A DNA stretch of 64,000 bases from the human T2T-CHM13v2.0 reference genome, Homo sapiens (GCA_009914755.4 CP068257.2:34496001-34560000); one strand, 5' to 3'. Counted from the first letter of the stretch, positions 30,045 to 47,825 are shown. A program made the numbers and translations. The notes: generated by a model from the letters alone, not told the origin.

Positions 30045-30338
30045 GGCCAGGTGCGGTGGCTCATGCCTGCAACCCCAGCACTTTGGGAGGCCGAGGAAGG
30101 CAGAGCACCTGAGGTCAGGAGTTTGAGATCAGCCTGGCCAACATGGTGAAACCCCATCTCTCCTAAAAATACAAAAATTAGCTGGGCATGGTGGCGCACA
30201 CCTGTAATCCCAGCTACTTGGGAGGCTGAGGCAGGAGAATCACTTAAACCCGAGATAGAGGTTGCAGTGAGCTGAGATTGCGCCACTGCACTCCAGCCTG
30301 GACAACAGAGCAAGACTCATCTCAAAGAAAAAAAAAAA
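30045..30338 (+). mobile_element. Alu SINE
   Basis: GGCCAGGTGCGGTGGCTCATGCCTGCAACCCCAGCACTTTGGGAGGCCGAGGAAGGCAGAGCACCTGAGGTCAGGAGTTTGAGATCAGCC. Confidence 0.9.
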
Positions 30339-30603
30339 GACCCTATTGGACACAGAGAATATGCATTCAGAATAATACATAATAAAAGAACTCACTAAAA
30401 TTAGTGGGGTTTGATGCTGATGAAATGTGTAAATTAACACATTTACTGGTTTTTGGATTTCCACCAGTACTTCAAATTGTAAAATTTTTGGCCTACATAT
30501 TTGTTTCTATGGGCACAATTGTCTCTTTAGTAGCTGTGAATCATGATCAACATGAATATTAATTCATAATTTAATGAATATTAATATTATCAAATAGGGA
30601 CTA

Positions 30604-31059
<456 letters not shown>

Positions 31060-31190
31060 CTAGGACATTGGGTGTGCCTAGGAAATTGAGAGCTTTAGTC
31101 CTTAGGGTGAGAGCACTGTCCCTCAGAAAGCAGGTTTATAAGTACTTGGAGTGTGTATGCTGGGGAGGAGCAGTTTTATAAAACTGCCAG

Positions 31191-32014
<824 letters not shown>

Positions 32015-32200
32015 TTACTACCTCACCCATCTCTCAGCGAATCCCTGAGAAAGGGAGCCCCCCCTGTCACTGATGGAGGTGTGTTCTTCCCCTTGGGAGA
32101 ATAGGGCCAAAAAAATTAAATCCCATGGGTGCATAGATTTTATGCCTTCTATAGTCACATTTTTAATCTTTTTTTAAATTTGATTATTACTTTTTGAGAA

Positions 32201-32488
32201 AGGGTCTCATTCGTGTCACCCAGGCTGGAGTGTAGTGGAGTGTAGTGGTGTGATCATGGCTCACTGCAATCTCTACTTCCTGGATTCAGGTGATCCTCTT
32301 ACCTCAGCTTCCTGAGTAGCTGAGACCACAGGCACACGCCACCACACCCAGCTAATTTTTCTATTGTTAGTAGAGACAGAGTTTTGCCACGTTGCCCAGG
32401 CTGGTCTTGAACTCCTGGGTTCAAGTGATCCACTCCTCTCAGCCTCCCAAAGTGCTGGGATTACAGATATAAGCCACAGCATCCAGCC
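32201..32488 (-). mobile_element. Alu SINE
   Basis: TTTTTGAGAAAGGGTCTCATTCGTGTCACCCAGGCTGGAGTGTAGTGG(AGTGTAGTGG dup) ... GATATAAGCCACAGCATCCAGCC. Confidence 0.88.
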
Positions 32489-32526
32489 ACTTTTTTGTTT
32501 TTAATCAGCAATTAAACCTACACAAT

Positions 32527-32844
<318 letters not shown>

Positions 32845-32925
32845 TCAATCATATGTTTGGTATATTATTCAACCAGTGGTTGTACCTCTGTGATATGCTT
32901 TCATATATTTATCGTTCTGTTTCAG

Positions 32926-33362
32926 GGAGAGTGGTGAATATCAGTAGTTTGCAGTGTTTAAGGGCTTTTGAAAACTGCAGTGAAGATCTGCAGGAAAGGT
33001 TCCACAGTGAGACACTCACAGAAGGAGACCTGGTGGATCTCATGAAAAAGTTTGTGGAGGACACAAAAAATGAGGTGCATGAGAGGGAAGGCTGGCCCAA
33101 CTCACCTTATGGGGTGTCCAAGTTGGGGGTCACGGTCTTATCGAGGATCCTGGCCAGGCGTCTGGATGAGAAGAGGAAAGCTGACAGGATTCTGGTGAAT
33201 GCGTGCTGCCCAGGACCAGTGAAGACAGACATGGATGGGAAAGACAGCATCAGGACTGTGGAGGAGGGGGCTGAGACCCCTGTCTACTTGGCCCTCTTGC
33301 CTCCAGATGCCACTGAGCCACAAGGCCAGTTGGTCCATGACAAAGTTGTGCAAAACTGGTAA
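32926..33362 (+). CDS. CBR3: CBR3 coding exon 3 (last), …G RVVNISSLQCLRAFENCSEDLQERFHSE…ACCPGPVKTDMDGKDSIRTVEEGAETPVYLALLPPDATEPQGQLVHDKVVQNW*
   Basis: Acceptor ttatcgttctgtttcag|GGAGAGTGGTG; frame CAT G|GG AGA = H G R; stop TAA 33360–33362; total 277 codons = CBR3 length. Confidence 0.92.
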
Positions 33363-33387
33363 ACGTCTGCTTCGGAGCTTGCTGCTT

Positions 33388-33393
33388 AATAAA
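33388..33393 (+). terminator. CBR3: CBR3 polyadenylation signal AATAAA
   Basis: gcttAATAAAtgttggtgg ~26 nt downstream of the stop codon. Confidence 0.75.
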
Positions 33394-33433
33394 TGTTGGT
33401 GGAATGAATGAATGAATTGATGCTGTGGTTTGA

Positions 33434-34100
<667 letters not shown>

Positions 34101-34414
34101 TAAGAATCTCCCTGGGAGAAACGTGTCTAGTTCTGGAATCTGGAGCTGAACAACATTGCTATGCCCAACTCTTCAGCCTGAGAGGGAGAAGAACATAGTC
34201 TCAAATTTTAGTGGGCATCGGGACCACCTGGAGGGCTGATTAAGCCAGATTGCCGGTTCCACTCCCCACACCAATTCACTTCATTTCTAACAAGTTCTCA
34301 GGTGGTGCTGACACTGCTGGTGCTGGGACTGCACTTAGAACCACTGGTGTAGCAAGTGGTTTCAGAACTATGGAGCCATTTTCTAGCTGTTCCTTGCTGT
34401 TTCCAGTTTTTTGA

Positions 34415-34826
<412 letters not shown>

Positions 34827-35059
34827 TAGCAGAGCTTGAAGGACTCAGGAGGAATATCTTCTTTAACTGGGACATGATTTCTTCTAGATTTTTCAGCTGG
34901 GTTTTGCATTCTGCATTCCTTCCCAGAATGTTTACGAGGTTGCCCAGCCACCGCAACTGTATCTCTTTACTGAAACTCATGCAGATGTCTTCTCCTTAAC
35001 CTATGCACACTCCCTGTGAACTACAGCCCAGGGTGATTCTTCAGTAACTCCCTAAGCCT

Positions 35060-35378
35060 TTTTTTTTTTTTTTAATTTGAGACAGTGTCTTGCTTTGTTG
35101 CCCAGGCTAGAGTGCAGTGGCACGATCATGGGTTACTGCAGCCTCGACCTCCAGGGCAAGAGACTTCCATGACTAAAACCTCAAGTGATCCTCCCACCTC
35201 AGCCTCCTAAGTAGCTGGGACTACAGGCATGTGCCATCATGCCCAAATAATTTAATTTTTGGTAGAGACAGGGTCTCACTATGTTGCCCAGGTTGGTCTA
35301 GCACTCCTGAACTAAAGTGATCCTCGCTCCTTTGCCTCTCAAAACGCTGGGATTCCAGACATGAGCCACCGCACCCAC
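35060..35378 (-). mobile_element. Alu SINE (with small internal insertion)
   Basis: T-run ...GAGACAGTGTCTTGCTTTGTTGCCCAGGCTAGAGTGCAGTGG ... GACATGAGCCACCGCACCCACC. Confidence 0.85.
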
Positions 35379-35390
35379 CCTCTTTCATAA

Positions 35391-35684
<294 letters not shown>

Positions 35685-35909
35685 TCTTTTATAATCATTA
35701 TGACAATAGGTGAGTTCACATTCTCTGCTTTCAAATGGGATTGGTTTTGCAACAGGCCTCCTGGCTTCTGGTTACACCTTGTAGAAAAAAGTCTTGGAGA
35801 GCAAGGAGTCTTCTGAAATAGAAGAAATGTACGCGCAAAGGCTTGCAAGAGTGTCAAGGCTTCGGCAAGAAGGCTAATCACACAAAAAAATTCAGTGGAA
35901 TTTACATTC

Positions 35910-36208
35910 CGGCTGGCCACAGTGGCTCAAGTCTCTGATCCCAGCACTTTGGGAGGCTGAGGCAGGAGGATCACCTGAGGTCAGGTGTTTGAAACCAGCC
36001 TGGGCAACACAGCAGGCCTCCATGTCTGCAAACAAATCAAACAAAACTTAGCCAGACATGGTGGCACACACCTGTAGTCCTAGCTACTTGGTAGGCTAAG
36101 GTGGAAGGATCAGTTGAACCCAGGAGTTCAAGGCTGCAGTGAGCTATGGTCGTGCCACTGCACTGCAGCATTCTGGGTGACACAGCCAGACCCTGTCTCT
36201 ACTTAAAA
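35910..36208 (+). mobile_element. Alu SINE
   Basis: GGCTGGCCACAGTGGCTCAAGTCTCTGATCCCAGCACTTTGGGAGGCTGAGGCAGGAGGATCACCTGAGGTCAGG. Confidence 0.85.
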
Positions 36209-36650
36209 AGAAAACGAATCCATTGAAAGATGGAAAAAAAACAAAGGGAAATAACTACAAATTTGCCAAGGTTACCAAGTTTATGATAGGCTGCTCACTG
36301 TGTGAAATTAGAAATGTTGTCACTTGATTATCAAACCCACAAATGTCACATCATATCCCCTGACATAGGTAAGCACTGCAGTCATAAGAGATAATGCTGT
36401 TTTTCCTTAGGGAATCAGTAAAGTATGGGAATGCTCAAGTTTCTTTTATTTGGGGGAACTGAACTGCACAGGATGACCTGGTTATTTCTGGTTCATCACA
36501 GTATGTAGCTATTTGTTTTTCTTAACTCTCTGATTTACAATGGCAGCACCTCAAAGTGTCAGTTTAACTCTCACAGCCTGCACCCACTTTTTCATCCACT
36601 TGGGGTAGGGGGAAGTCTGAATCCCACCTAGACTGCATTTAACATCTTGA

Positions 36651-36938
36651 GGCCAGATGGAGTGGCTCATGCCTATAATCCCAGCATTTTGGGAGGCCAA
36701 GGCAGGCGGGTTGCTTGAGCCCAGAAGTTTGAGACCAGCCTGGACAACATAGCGAGACCCCTCTCTACAAAAATTCAAAAAGATCAGGCAGACGAGGTGC
36801 ACACCTGTAGTCCCAGCTACTCAGAGGCTGAGGTTGGGAGGATCACTTCAACCTGGGAGGTCAAGGCTGCAGTGAGCCATGATTGCGCCACTGCACTTCA
36901 GCCTGAGTGACAGGACAAGACCCTGTCTCAAAAAAAAG
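36651..36938 (+). mobile_element. Alu SINE
   Basis: GGCCAGATGGAGTGGCTCATGCCTATAATCCCAGCATTTTGGGAGGCCAAGGCAGGCGGGTTGCTTGAGCCCAGAAGTTTGAGACCAGCC. Confidence 0.88.
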
Positions 36939-37687
36939 CCTAAAACAACAACAAAAACTTCCTTTAGCCTATTTGTATGTCACTGATTAAATCCAACATG
37001 CTCTTATGGTATTCATCTCAGGCTACAGCTCCTAAGACATTTTAATGTCTCCTTTCCTGGCTCTAAAAACAATTTAATGGCTTTCAATCAGCTTCCCGAG
37101 TATCTTTTGTACTCTCGCCTCCCTCTGCAGCCAAACTCCAGTCCTGCTAATGCCGGGCAATAGCCCAGGAACCACAGAGCACTTCAGGCTCTGCCTGACA
37201 AAGTTACAGACAGGAAGTTCAGAAGAAATGAGCCAGTCCCTTTTATTTCTTCTTCCTCTTTTGTCTCTAACCAATCCTTTTTGGATAAGTGTGTAACCCA
37301 CTTCCTCTTTTGTCTCTAGCCAATCCTTTTAGGATAAGCATGTAGCTCATTTGGATGACCCTTAACTGTCAACTGCTGGTCAGAATGACATTTCTCATTC
37401 TTAGAGAAGGGCTGCCATTAGCCCTTATTGGATGGTCTGCCCAGCACCCTCTTCCAAAATATGATCTCCTGCCCTCCCCTGCCCCCTGCTTCCTTCCCAT
37501 GTTTGCAGCTGCAGCTGCCACAAGGTGACCTTGCCTCTGTTGACTGCTCCAGCTATAGGTTTTTCCTCTAAAAAGAACCAGCTGGATTGGATCAGAGTTG
37601 TTACTGTGCATCTCACCCCCTGTGCCTGAGGAGCAGAGGGAGCCAGCCATTGCCAGAGAAAGAGGCCAACCATCAAGAGGAGCATTT

Positions 37688-37997
37688 AAGCCAGGTGTGG
37701 TGGCTCCTGCCAGCACAATCCCAGCACTTTGGGAAATCAAGGCAGGTGGATGGCTTGCGCTCATGAGTTTGAGAACAGCCTGGGTAACATGGTGATACCC
37801 TGTCTCTACAGAATAATACAAAAATTAGCCAGGTGTGGCAGTACATGCCTGTAGTCCCAGCTACTTGGGGAGCTGGGGCAGGAGGATTGCTTGAGCCTGG
37901 GAGGTGTTTACAGTGAGCCGTGTTTGTATCAGTACACTCCAGCCTGGATGACAAAGCGAGACCCTGTCTTGGGGAAAAAAAAAAAAAAAAAAAAAAG
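37688..37997 (+). mobile_element. Alu SINE
   Basis: GCCAGGTGTGGTGGCTCCTGCCAGCACAATCCCAGCACTTTGGGAAATCAAGGCAGGTGGATGG...; A/G-rich tail. Confidence 0.85.
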
Positions 37998-38877
37998 AAA
38001 AGAAGTGGCCCAAAGAGAAACTCCCTTCCCTGTCCTCAGATCATTCCTGAAATCTTGAATTCTCAGAGATGCTCCAAGATACCCTTGTATCCTTAAAATA
38101 TATTTTCTTTTTCATAAGCTATATTGAATTGGGTAGTTGTTGCTTGCAATCAAAAGGAACCTAACTAATAGAAGTGCATTAACATGTTTTATAGTATTGT
38201 GAAAGGAAAATAAATCTTGGGGCCCCAAAATCACTAAGCTAAAGGGAAGAGTTAAGCTGGGAACTGCTTAGGGCAAACTTGCCTTCCATTCTATTCAAAG
38301 TCACCACTCTGCTCACTGAGATAAATGCATATCTGATTGCCTCATTTGGAGAGGCTCATCAGAAACTCAAAAGAATGCAACCATTTTTCTCTTACCTACC
38401 TATGACCTGGAAGTCCCCTCCAGGCTTCCAGCTGTCCTGCCTTCACCTGGAGCTGTCCCACCTTTCTGGATTGGCCCAATGTACATCTTACACATATTGA
38501 TTGATGTCTCATGTCTCCCTAAAATGTATAAAACCAAGCTGTGCCCTGACCACCTTGGGCAGAAGTTGTCAGAACCTTCTGAGGCTGTGTCATGGTTGCC
38601 CATCCTCAACCTTGGCAAAATAAACTTTCTAAATTAACTGAGACCTGCCTCCGATGTTGGGGGTTCACCCTATGCTGTAGGAAAAAAAACAATTGGGCTT
38701 GGAATCAAAAGGAGAAAAAAATCATGAATTGAGAACCTATGGCAAATTAGACCATATGTCCTGCTTAATGCTTTCCCAACATGGTTTTAGGTAATTCTGA
38801 CTATAGTCCTTTGCCTTAGTTCATTTTGTGTTACTATAATGGAATATCACAAACTAGGTAATTTATAAAGAAAGTAA

Positions 38878-39185
38878 ATTTGCCTGTGCACAGTAGCTCA
38901 TGCCAATAATCCTATAACTTTGGGAAGCCAAAGTGGGAGCATCACTTAAGGCCAGGAGTTCAATGCCAGCCTGGGCAACATAGAGAAACCCTATCTCTAC
39001 AAAAAATAAAAATTGACCAAGTGTGATCATGCTCACCTTTAGTTCTACCTACTTGTTAAGTTGAGGTGGGAGTATCACTTGTGCCCAGGAGTTTATGGCT
39101 GCAGTGAGCTATGATCATGCCACTTCACTCCAGCCTAAGCAACAGAGACTCTGTCACTTGTCTCAAAAAAAAAAAAAAAAAAAAA
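38878..39185 (+). mobile_element. Alu SINE (diverged) with TSD AAGTAA(A/G)TTT
   Basis: TTTGCCTGTGCACAGTAGCTCATGCCAATAATCCTATAACTTTGGGAAGCCAAAGTGGGAGCATCACTTAAGGCCAGGAGTTCAATGCCAGCC...A22 tail. Confidence 0.85.
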
Positions 39186-39811
39186 GTAAGTTTATTTCTC
39201 ACAATTCTGGAGGCTGGGAAGTCCAAAAGCATGGCACTAGCATCTGGCAAGGGCCTGCTTGTGTGTTCTACCATGGCAGAAGGCAGAAGGGCAAGAGAAT
39301 GCTCACAAGGTGCAAACTAAACTCATCCTTCTATCAGGAATCCACTCCCCTGATAAAGGTATTAATCCATTTATGAGGGCAGAGTCTTCACTCATGATCT
39401 TAAAGGTTCCACTTTGCAACACTGTTGCCTTGGGGATTATGTTTCTAACACATGACTTTAGGGGACACATTGAAACCACTGCATCCTTTAAGGTAGGAAT
39501 CAATGTCATATTTGTCATATTTCGAACGAAGAAATAAAGGTTTGGAGAGGTTAATTAACTTGCCCAAGATCTCAGAGCTAAAGCCAGGATCATATCTAGG
39601 ACTGACTACAAAGTCCTGTGGTCTCCAGTGCTTGGCAGGTCCAGCTTCACTGATGAGTCTAGAGAGTAGTAACTCTCTTGGTGTAAGAACTAAGGGAGAT
39701 GATACATTAAATCTAAGTGTAAATTAGATTATGCTTAAAGTATAAGTCATATGGTTATTATTAATAGATCCCCAAGTTAGCCTATATGTGAACTTTTCCA
39801 TAGAGAAATGA

Positions 39812-40108
<297 letters not shown>

Positions 40109-40120
40109 TGAAACATTTTT

Positions 40121-40293
<173 letters not shown>

Positions 40294-40646
40294 TAGACTG
40301 TTGCATGTGTGGTACACCCACATACAATATCAGCTTTAGACTCAACCCTTTGACTTTGCCTTCACCTACTGAACAGCAACAAGGATTGTGACAGACCAAG
40401 AATCTGAAGAAGGATGCAGTGTGGAGACGAAACAGGTGTCAATGACAAAGGTTTAGTTGTTATTTCAAGTCAACTGCAAAGTGGATGCGGTATCAAGTAC
40501 AGAAACTGCACAGGACTTCTCCACTAAGAACATGGGGAGGGCAAAGGGAATGGATGTTTTGAGAAAGGAGGCAGAAGCCAACAGAGAACAGTGGTTATTA
40601 CCAAGATGGGTGGAGTAGAAGTTAGTTTATAGAAGACATTGGCTTA

Positions 40647-40977
<331 letters not shown>

Positions 40978-41229
40978 TCACCAATATCTGCATATCAAAA
41001 CTAAGAATGAATTTACTTGGCCAATCTCTCTACTGGGTGATCAGCCTGAGCCAGATAATGCAGTGGGTTCTGATTTATAATGCCTTCTTTACTGTCAAGA
41101 GGGGTAAGGATTAAAGTTCCGGTTTAAATTAAAGTTGAAATGCTTTACTTGGTTTGAGTATTATTATGAAAGGACCCTGACCGTTTCTGCATGTCTTAAA
41201 CTGATGAAAGTAGCTAAGTAGACTTTTAA

Positions 41230-41683
<454 letters not shown>

Positions 41684-43240
41684 TGAGTTTTTTAAATTAT
41701 GATTTACAAATGAATTTGTCAAAATTAAATTAAACCCCCCCACACGCACACACACCTGGAATCCTTTACAGATAGGTGGTATATGAATACAAGGCACAGA
41801 TTGTATGTGCATGGTGGCTTTGGCACAAACAGACTACTTCTTTTTTCAATGTTAAGTGTAAAGCAGTTCTTTCATCTCTGTTCAGTGCAGTGTTGAGTGT
41901 GACTAGGATTTGAAGAACCTAAAAAAAAAAAACTCACCTGCTTGCCATCTTCTTGTTTTTTTTTTTGTTGTTTTTTGGTTTTTGCTGGTTTTGTTTGCTG
42001 CTTTTGTAAAACCAGTTTATCATATTCTCATTAGGAAATCAATTTTCATGAAATTAATTTTTTTTCCTGCTAACTATGGCTCAATCTTTTCGTTTCTCTC
42101 TGCTTCTATCTTAAGACCATTCCTCAAATTGACCATGAGAGGATTTACATCTGGGGCACTTGGTATATGCCAAATGGAGACAAAATCAGAATCAGCAGCC
42201 TGGCTGGGCCACAGGTCCAGCATCCCAAGCTATTAAAATATTCTTAGTGTTTCCAGGGAAGTGATAGATCCACTTTGGAAGCTGATAATATACCCCTCCC
42301 CTAGAAACATGCATATACACAAAGTGTTCTAAACAACTTCCAGGTGCTCATGACCTCCCCCACCTCCCAAGCTCATTGACCACTGCCTCGCCTTCACGAA
42401 CTCCAGACCTGGTCTGAACATTTCTAAAGGACGCTCGGGAGTTAAAAGGAGCGAGGCCACTGCAGAAATGACAGCCTTCATCCACAAGTGGCCCACTTCG
42501 GGTTGGCTGGAGCCACAGCTGGGTGGGGACAGGGCCTGTGCTCAGGTGAGCACTGCCTACCGCGCACCCTCCAGGTGCGTCCTACCCTGAAGCGGTCGGA
42601 CTGGACCGTCTAGGTCCCAGCGCTCGAGAGGATGGCAGGCAGGGGCTGGTGATTGTCTGGAGATATGAATGCTTTCTAAGGTTGACGTCAAGGTCTCCTT
42701 CCTGAGCCACAGTCCACGTGATAAGCTCTGTCCAGGTAGAAATGATCTCACCTCTCCTGTCGCCCAGGGTCGGAAACCTGAGGCCCGTGCGGGCTGGGGC
42801 AACTTAGCGGGGGTCCCAAGCCCGCCGCGCCCCCTGCGCCCCAAACGTGTGTGGAGGGCTTGGACGTGGTCCAGAGGGAAAAGATGGGGTGAACCAGGTG
42901 CCGCGCACCCTTCGAGGAGCCCCCGCTTCTCCGTTTCTGTGAGTGACTCCAAAGCACCTCCGAGGGCCGACACACGCGCGGACGACCTTGGGCGGGCACT
43001 GACCAATGTCCCCTTCCACTCGGTTGTGTCGGGGGTCCCCAGGTGAGGCGCGAACGCCGCCCCGCTCACCTGTACGAGGCCTTTCCCGGAGCAGCCCGGC
43101 TACGAAGCGACACCCATGGCGGAGAAGCTAAGGAAGACTCCCGCTCCCTCACACCGCGGCTGAGGCGACTGAACCGCCCCAGTACGCCGGGGCCCTCCCC
43201 AAGCCCTGCTCCCAAGCCGAAGCCCCGCCCCCGCGTCTAA

Positions 43241-43640
43241 GGCCCACCTCCAGGCCCCGCCCCTGACCCCGACTCCGTGAGTCAAGCCTGGCCTTTCAGT
43301 CCAGCCCAGCCCGTCGAGGCCCCGCCCCTGTTGTTATGGCCCGCCTCCAGGCACCGCCCTTGATCCCACCTTCATGAGTCAGGCCCCGCCTTCCAGCCCA
43401 GCCCGGCCAGTCGAGGCCCCGCCCCTGTAGGTACAGCCCACTTCCAGGCCCCGCCCTTGATCCCGCCTCCTTCGGTCAGGCCCCGTCTTCTAGTTCCGCC
43501 CCGCCCGCGGAAACCCCGCCCCCGCGCGCCTATGGCCCACCTCCAGGTCCCGCCCCTGAGCCCGCCTCCAGGCGTCCAGCCCCGCCTTCCAGCCCCGCCC
43601 CAAGCGCCGAGGCCCGGCTTCCAGGCTCCGCCCCGACCCG
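43241..43640. repeat. Minisatellite: 4 tandem copies of a ~97-bp GC-box-rich unit (each with 3–4 CCCCGCCCC motifs)
   Basis: Units start GGCCCACCTCCAGGCCCCGCCCCTGA at 43241, GGCCCGCCTCCAGGCACCGCCCTTGA at 43338, GCCCACTTCCAGGCCCCGCCCTTGA at 43436, GGCCCACCTCCAGGTCCCGCCCCTGA at 43534; period 97–98 bp. Confidence 0.85.
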
Positions 43641-43797
43641 CGCGGTGGGGAAGAGCCGCTGCCGCTGGTTCTCCGGCTCTTCCTCGGCGGTTCTGGCTCC
43701 CGGCCGCGCCGCAGCCCTGCCCAGTCTCTCTCCCGCAGCCCGGAGGGCTCCTCCGCGCCGCACGTGAGCGCGCCCGCCAACAGGGCCACTGCCGCGG
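43640..43797 (+). other. Candidate non-coding first exon ending in a strong splice donor (possible DOP1B exon 1)
   Basis: GC-rich segment downstream of GC-box array, ends ...GCCACTGCCGCG|GTAAGTCGTGCC; next strong plus-strand acceptor/coding exon at 51560. Confidence 0.3.
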
Positions 43798-44809
43798 TAA
43801 GTCGTGCCTGCGCCCTGTCCGGCGTCCAGTCCTCAGCCGCTGGGCGAAGCCGGAGGAGCCGGGCGTCTCCTCCCCGCCGGCCCGCGGGTCCTTCTCCGGG
43901 TCCAGAGGGCTTGGGCGGCGCCGTGGGGCGGCCCGGGGTGCAGGTGGCTTACCGGCGCGCGGCCCGGGCCTGTGGCGCGCTCTGCTGCAGTGCGGGGGCG
44001 GAGAGCTCGGGGCCGGAGACCGGGAGGGCAGCGGGGAGACTGGGTGGGGTCCCCTAGGGTTACCCGACCCTGGCGCGGAGGATATGATGCCGGCCACGCC
44101 CTCGCCGAGCGGGGCGGCAGGTGCAGGTCCAGGGGTGGGTCGCGGCCCGCGCGCCCTCCCGGGGCCGGCCCACGACGAGACGCTCAGCCTTTGTTTGCTG
44201 GTGCCCTGGCTGGGGAGGAGGCTGGGGACGCAGACCTGTGAGAACTGAGGGCTTTCCTCGTTGGGGAAGACCCCAGTCTTCCAGCCAGTCCCCAGGAGAA
44301 GGGATCCGGGCCGCAGTGCGCGCTCTGCCAGCCTGGCCCCTGCGCCCTGCAGGGTTCCCGGCTGCTCGCGGGGACTGTTACCCGCAGTGTTGCCTTACAC
44401 TCGCGACTGCAGCCCCACAATTGGGAAGACTTTGCTAGGATTTTTTTGGTAAGGCGAGGGAAGACCGTCCCCCCGGCCCCACAAGTCTGCTGCCATTAGG
44501 TGGCTTAAATTTTTTCCAGTACAATTTAATTGCCACTTTGAAAGACCACATTCAAAACAGCGTGTCCCAGAGTTGATTAAGCCCATTGGTGATGAGTGTT
44601 TCTGTGCTGTGGACTAAGGATCATTATCAATTTTATTACTAATAGTACATATCTGTTATCTGTTGCTAAATGTTTTTGCTTATGTGGTAGGGTCACTGTC
44701 CTCATTTTCATCGAACTGAGAAATGTTCCTTCATACAGACATATTTACAGTGAACTTTTTTGGGATCTGGCAGTTGGTTTTTCTCTTGAACTTGTTTTTT
44801 TCTTTTTCT

Positions 44810-44833
44810 AAATTATTATTATTATTATTATTT
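44810..44833. repeat. (ATT)8 microsatellite
   Basis: attattattattattattattatt. Confidence 0.95.
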
Positions 44834-44835
44834 TA

Positions 44836-44951
44836 AGACGAAGGTCTCATTATGTTGCCCAGTCTGGTCTCAAACTCCTGGGCTCAAGCAATCCTTCCAC
44901 CTCGGCCTCTTAAAGTGCTGGGATTACAGGTATGAGCCACAGTGCCCAACC
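44836..44951 (-). mobile_element. FLAM/left-monomer Alu-like (reverse)
   Basis: GACGAAGGTCTCATTATGTTGCCCAGTCTGGTCTCAAACTCCTGGGCTCAAGCAATCC...GGTATGAGCCACAGTGCCCAACC. Confidence 0.75.
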
Positions 44952-45376
44952 CTGAATTTGATTTTCTATGAAATTAAAAATGGGTAAAGAGAGAGATTTC
45001 TTGCTGACATTTTCGATTTTAAGGTATCTGAGCAGATACACTTCTTGTGTGATTATTTCTTTCTGTGTCTAGTTATTTATAGCCTGTGTAACTGTCGGTT
45101 TTACTGAACTCTTCAATCTCTCACAGGAGACATATCCAGGATAGATTGCAAGATCATTGGCAAAAGAGCTATTTGAGAACTGAACCAATAATTTTATCAG
45201 TAGCATAATGTAGTGGAGACCTGTACTATCTCACTGACCTGAGCTCGAATCTGGTTCTGCTAGCTGCTGGGTGTGTGACCTGGGCAATTTTCCGAATGGC
45301 CTGACTTCTAATATCCTCATCTTGGGCCTAATACCCATCTCACAGGACTCGTGTATTGCAGTAAAGAAATGCATGC

Positions 45377-46022
<646 letters not shown>

Positions 46023-46325
46023 GAGACTGGGCGCAGTGGCTTATGCCTGTAATCCCAGTACTTTGGGAGGCCAAGGTGGGTGGATCACTTGAGGTTGGGT
46101 GTTCGAGACCAGCCTGACCAACATGGAGAAACCCCATCTCTACTAAAAATACAAAATTAGCCGGGCTTGGTGGCACATGCCTGTAATCCCAGGTACTCAG
46201 GAGGCTGAGGCAGGAGAATCGCTTGAACTCAGGAGGTGGAGGTTGTGGTGAGTTGAGATCGCGCCATTGCACTCCAGCCTGGTCAACAAGAGCGAAACTC
46301 CATCTCAAAAAAAAAGAAGAAAAAC
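46023..46325 (+). mobile_element. Alu SINE
   Basis: GACTGGGCGCAGTGGCTTATGCCTGTAATCCCAGTACTTTGGGAGGCCAAGGTGGGTGGATCACTTGAGGTTGGGTGTTCGAGACCAGCC; tail then AAATGCATGCATAA (repeat of 45690–45703). Confidence 0.9.
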
Positions 46326-47288
46326 AAATGCATGCATAAATGGTGAATTTACCAAGCTCACCCAGAAGACTTGCTTGGTAGCATACCACGTGCCCCATAT
46401 TTCGAAATAAAGGAGCTTGCATGAATGACGATTTCCAAACTTCTCTCGTGTGCTGGTAGTTACACCAAATAGCACTTTCTTCATATGGCCAACCATAACA
46501 CTGAACTGCTCCAGCTACTGCTCTTACCTGGCTGATGCCCTTCTTGCCATGAGCAGTGGCGTCCCTTGCCACCCCACCTTCTAAATACACACCTTATCGT
46601 CAATACACACCTTATCACAGTTCTCTTCCTGGTAACTCTAGCTGCCCACACCTCTGGACTTTGAGGACTCCTCTGCCGGTGGCTGAGTTTCCTCTTGGTA
46701 TCATCAGACTCTGTCATTTTGTCCACCCTCTGTCACTTATGTGTGTTAAAAGGAGCAAGGCCACTTTGTCCACCCTCTGACACTTACGTGTCCCACATTA
46801 AACTGAAATTATGTATTTAGGTACTTCCACTTTTATTAGGCTATGAACTATGAGAGTAGGGACCTTGTCTTATTTATGTTTCTTTCCCCCATGTTTAGAC
46901 ACTTAGTAGAGTGAACAGACTGTGCACCATTGGAGTATTGCGGTGGTTTAGAGATGCTGGGTTTCAGAACTGAATTTTCTGGAAAAAAAAATAATAATAA
47001 TATGGACCATTTTGGATATATCAACTTCTTAGTCTTTACTTGGCAAAAGGAACAAACTACCAGCTCTCATTACCATCTTTTCCTTAATATTTTCAAAATG
47101 TGTGAAGGCAGTTATTTCAGAAAAAGGGACAGGCCTTCCCAGGATTGAGTAGGCGGTCTTATTTTGTGGGTGGGTGTGCAAGGTGCAGTATATTTTTGCA
47201 GAGAGGCACGCATATGCAGAGGCTCTGTGGCAGGATGGGTCCGTCTTGGGGTTGGAGGGTGCAGTGACAAGTGGGTAGAGTCTTGTAA

Positions 47289-47825
<537 letters not shown>

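Larger units (their letters stand above)
42450..44450. promoter_or_regulatory. Large CpG island (candidate bidirectional promoter: antisense lncRNA CBR3-AS1 on minus strand; upstream non-coding exon 1 of DOP1B on plus strand)
   Basis: ~2 kb of >70% GC with dense CpG, many CCCCGCCCC GC boxes, CACGTG E-box at 43763; plus-strand donor CGCG|GTAAGT at 43797/43798; minus-strand donor-like CAG|GTGAGC (complement) ~43068. Confidence 0.6.

Noticed and set aside
43038-43075. Closely spaced plus-strand (CAG|GTGAGG) and minus-strand (complement of CAG|GTGAGC) donor-like motifs in the CpG island
   Set aside because: GT-AG-like motifs are frequent by chance in GC-rich DNA. Without transcript evidence I cannot assign exons to CBR3-AS1 here.
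43372-44248. Long overlapping ORFs on both strands (241 aa minus, 263 aa and 145 aa plus) rich in Pro, Arg, Gly and Ala
   Set aside because: They lie in a CpG island where stop codons are rare by composition. The sequences are low-complexity, have no recognisable domain and overlap each other on opposite strands. I treat them as GC artefacts.
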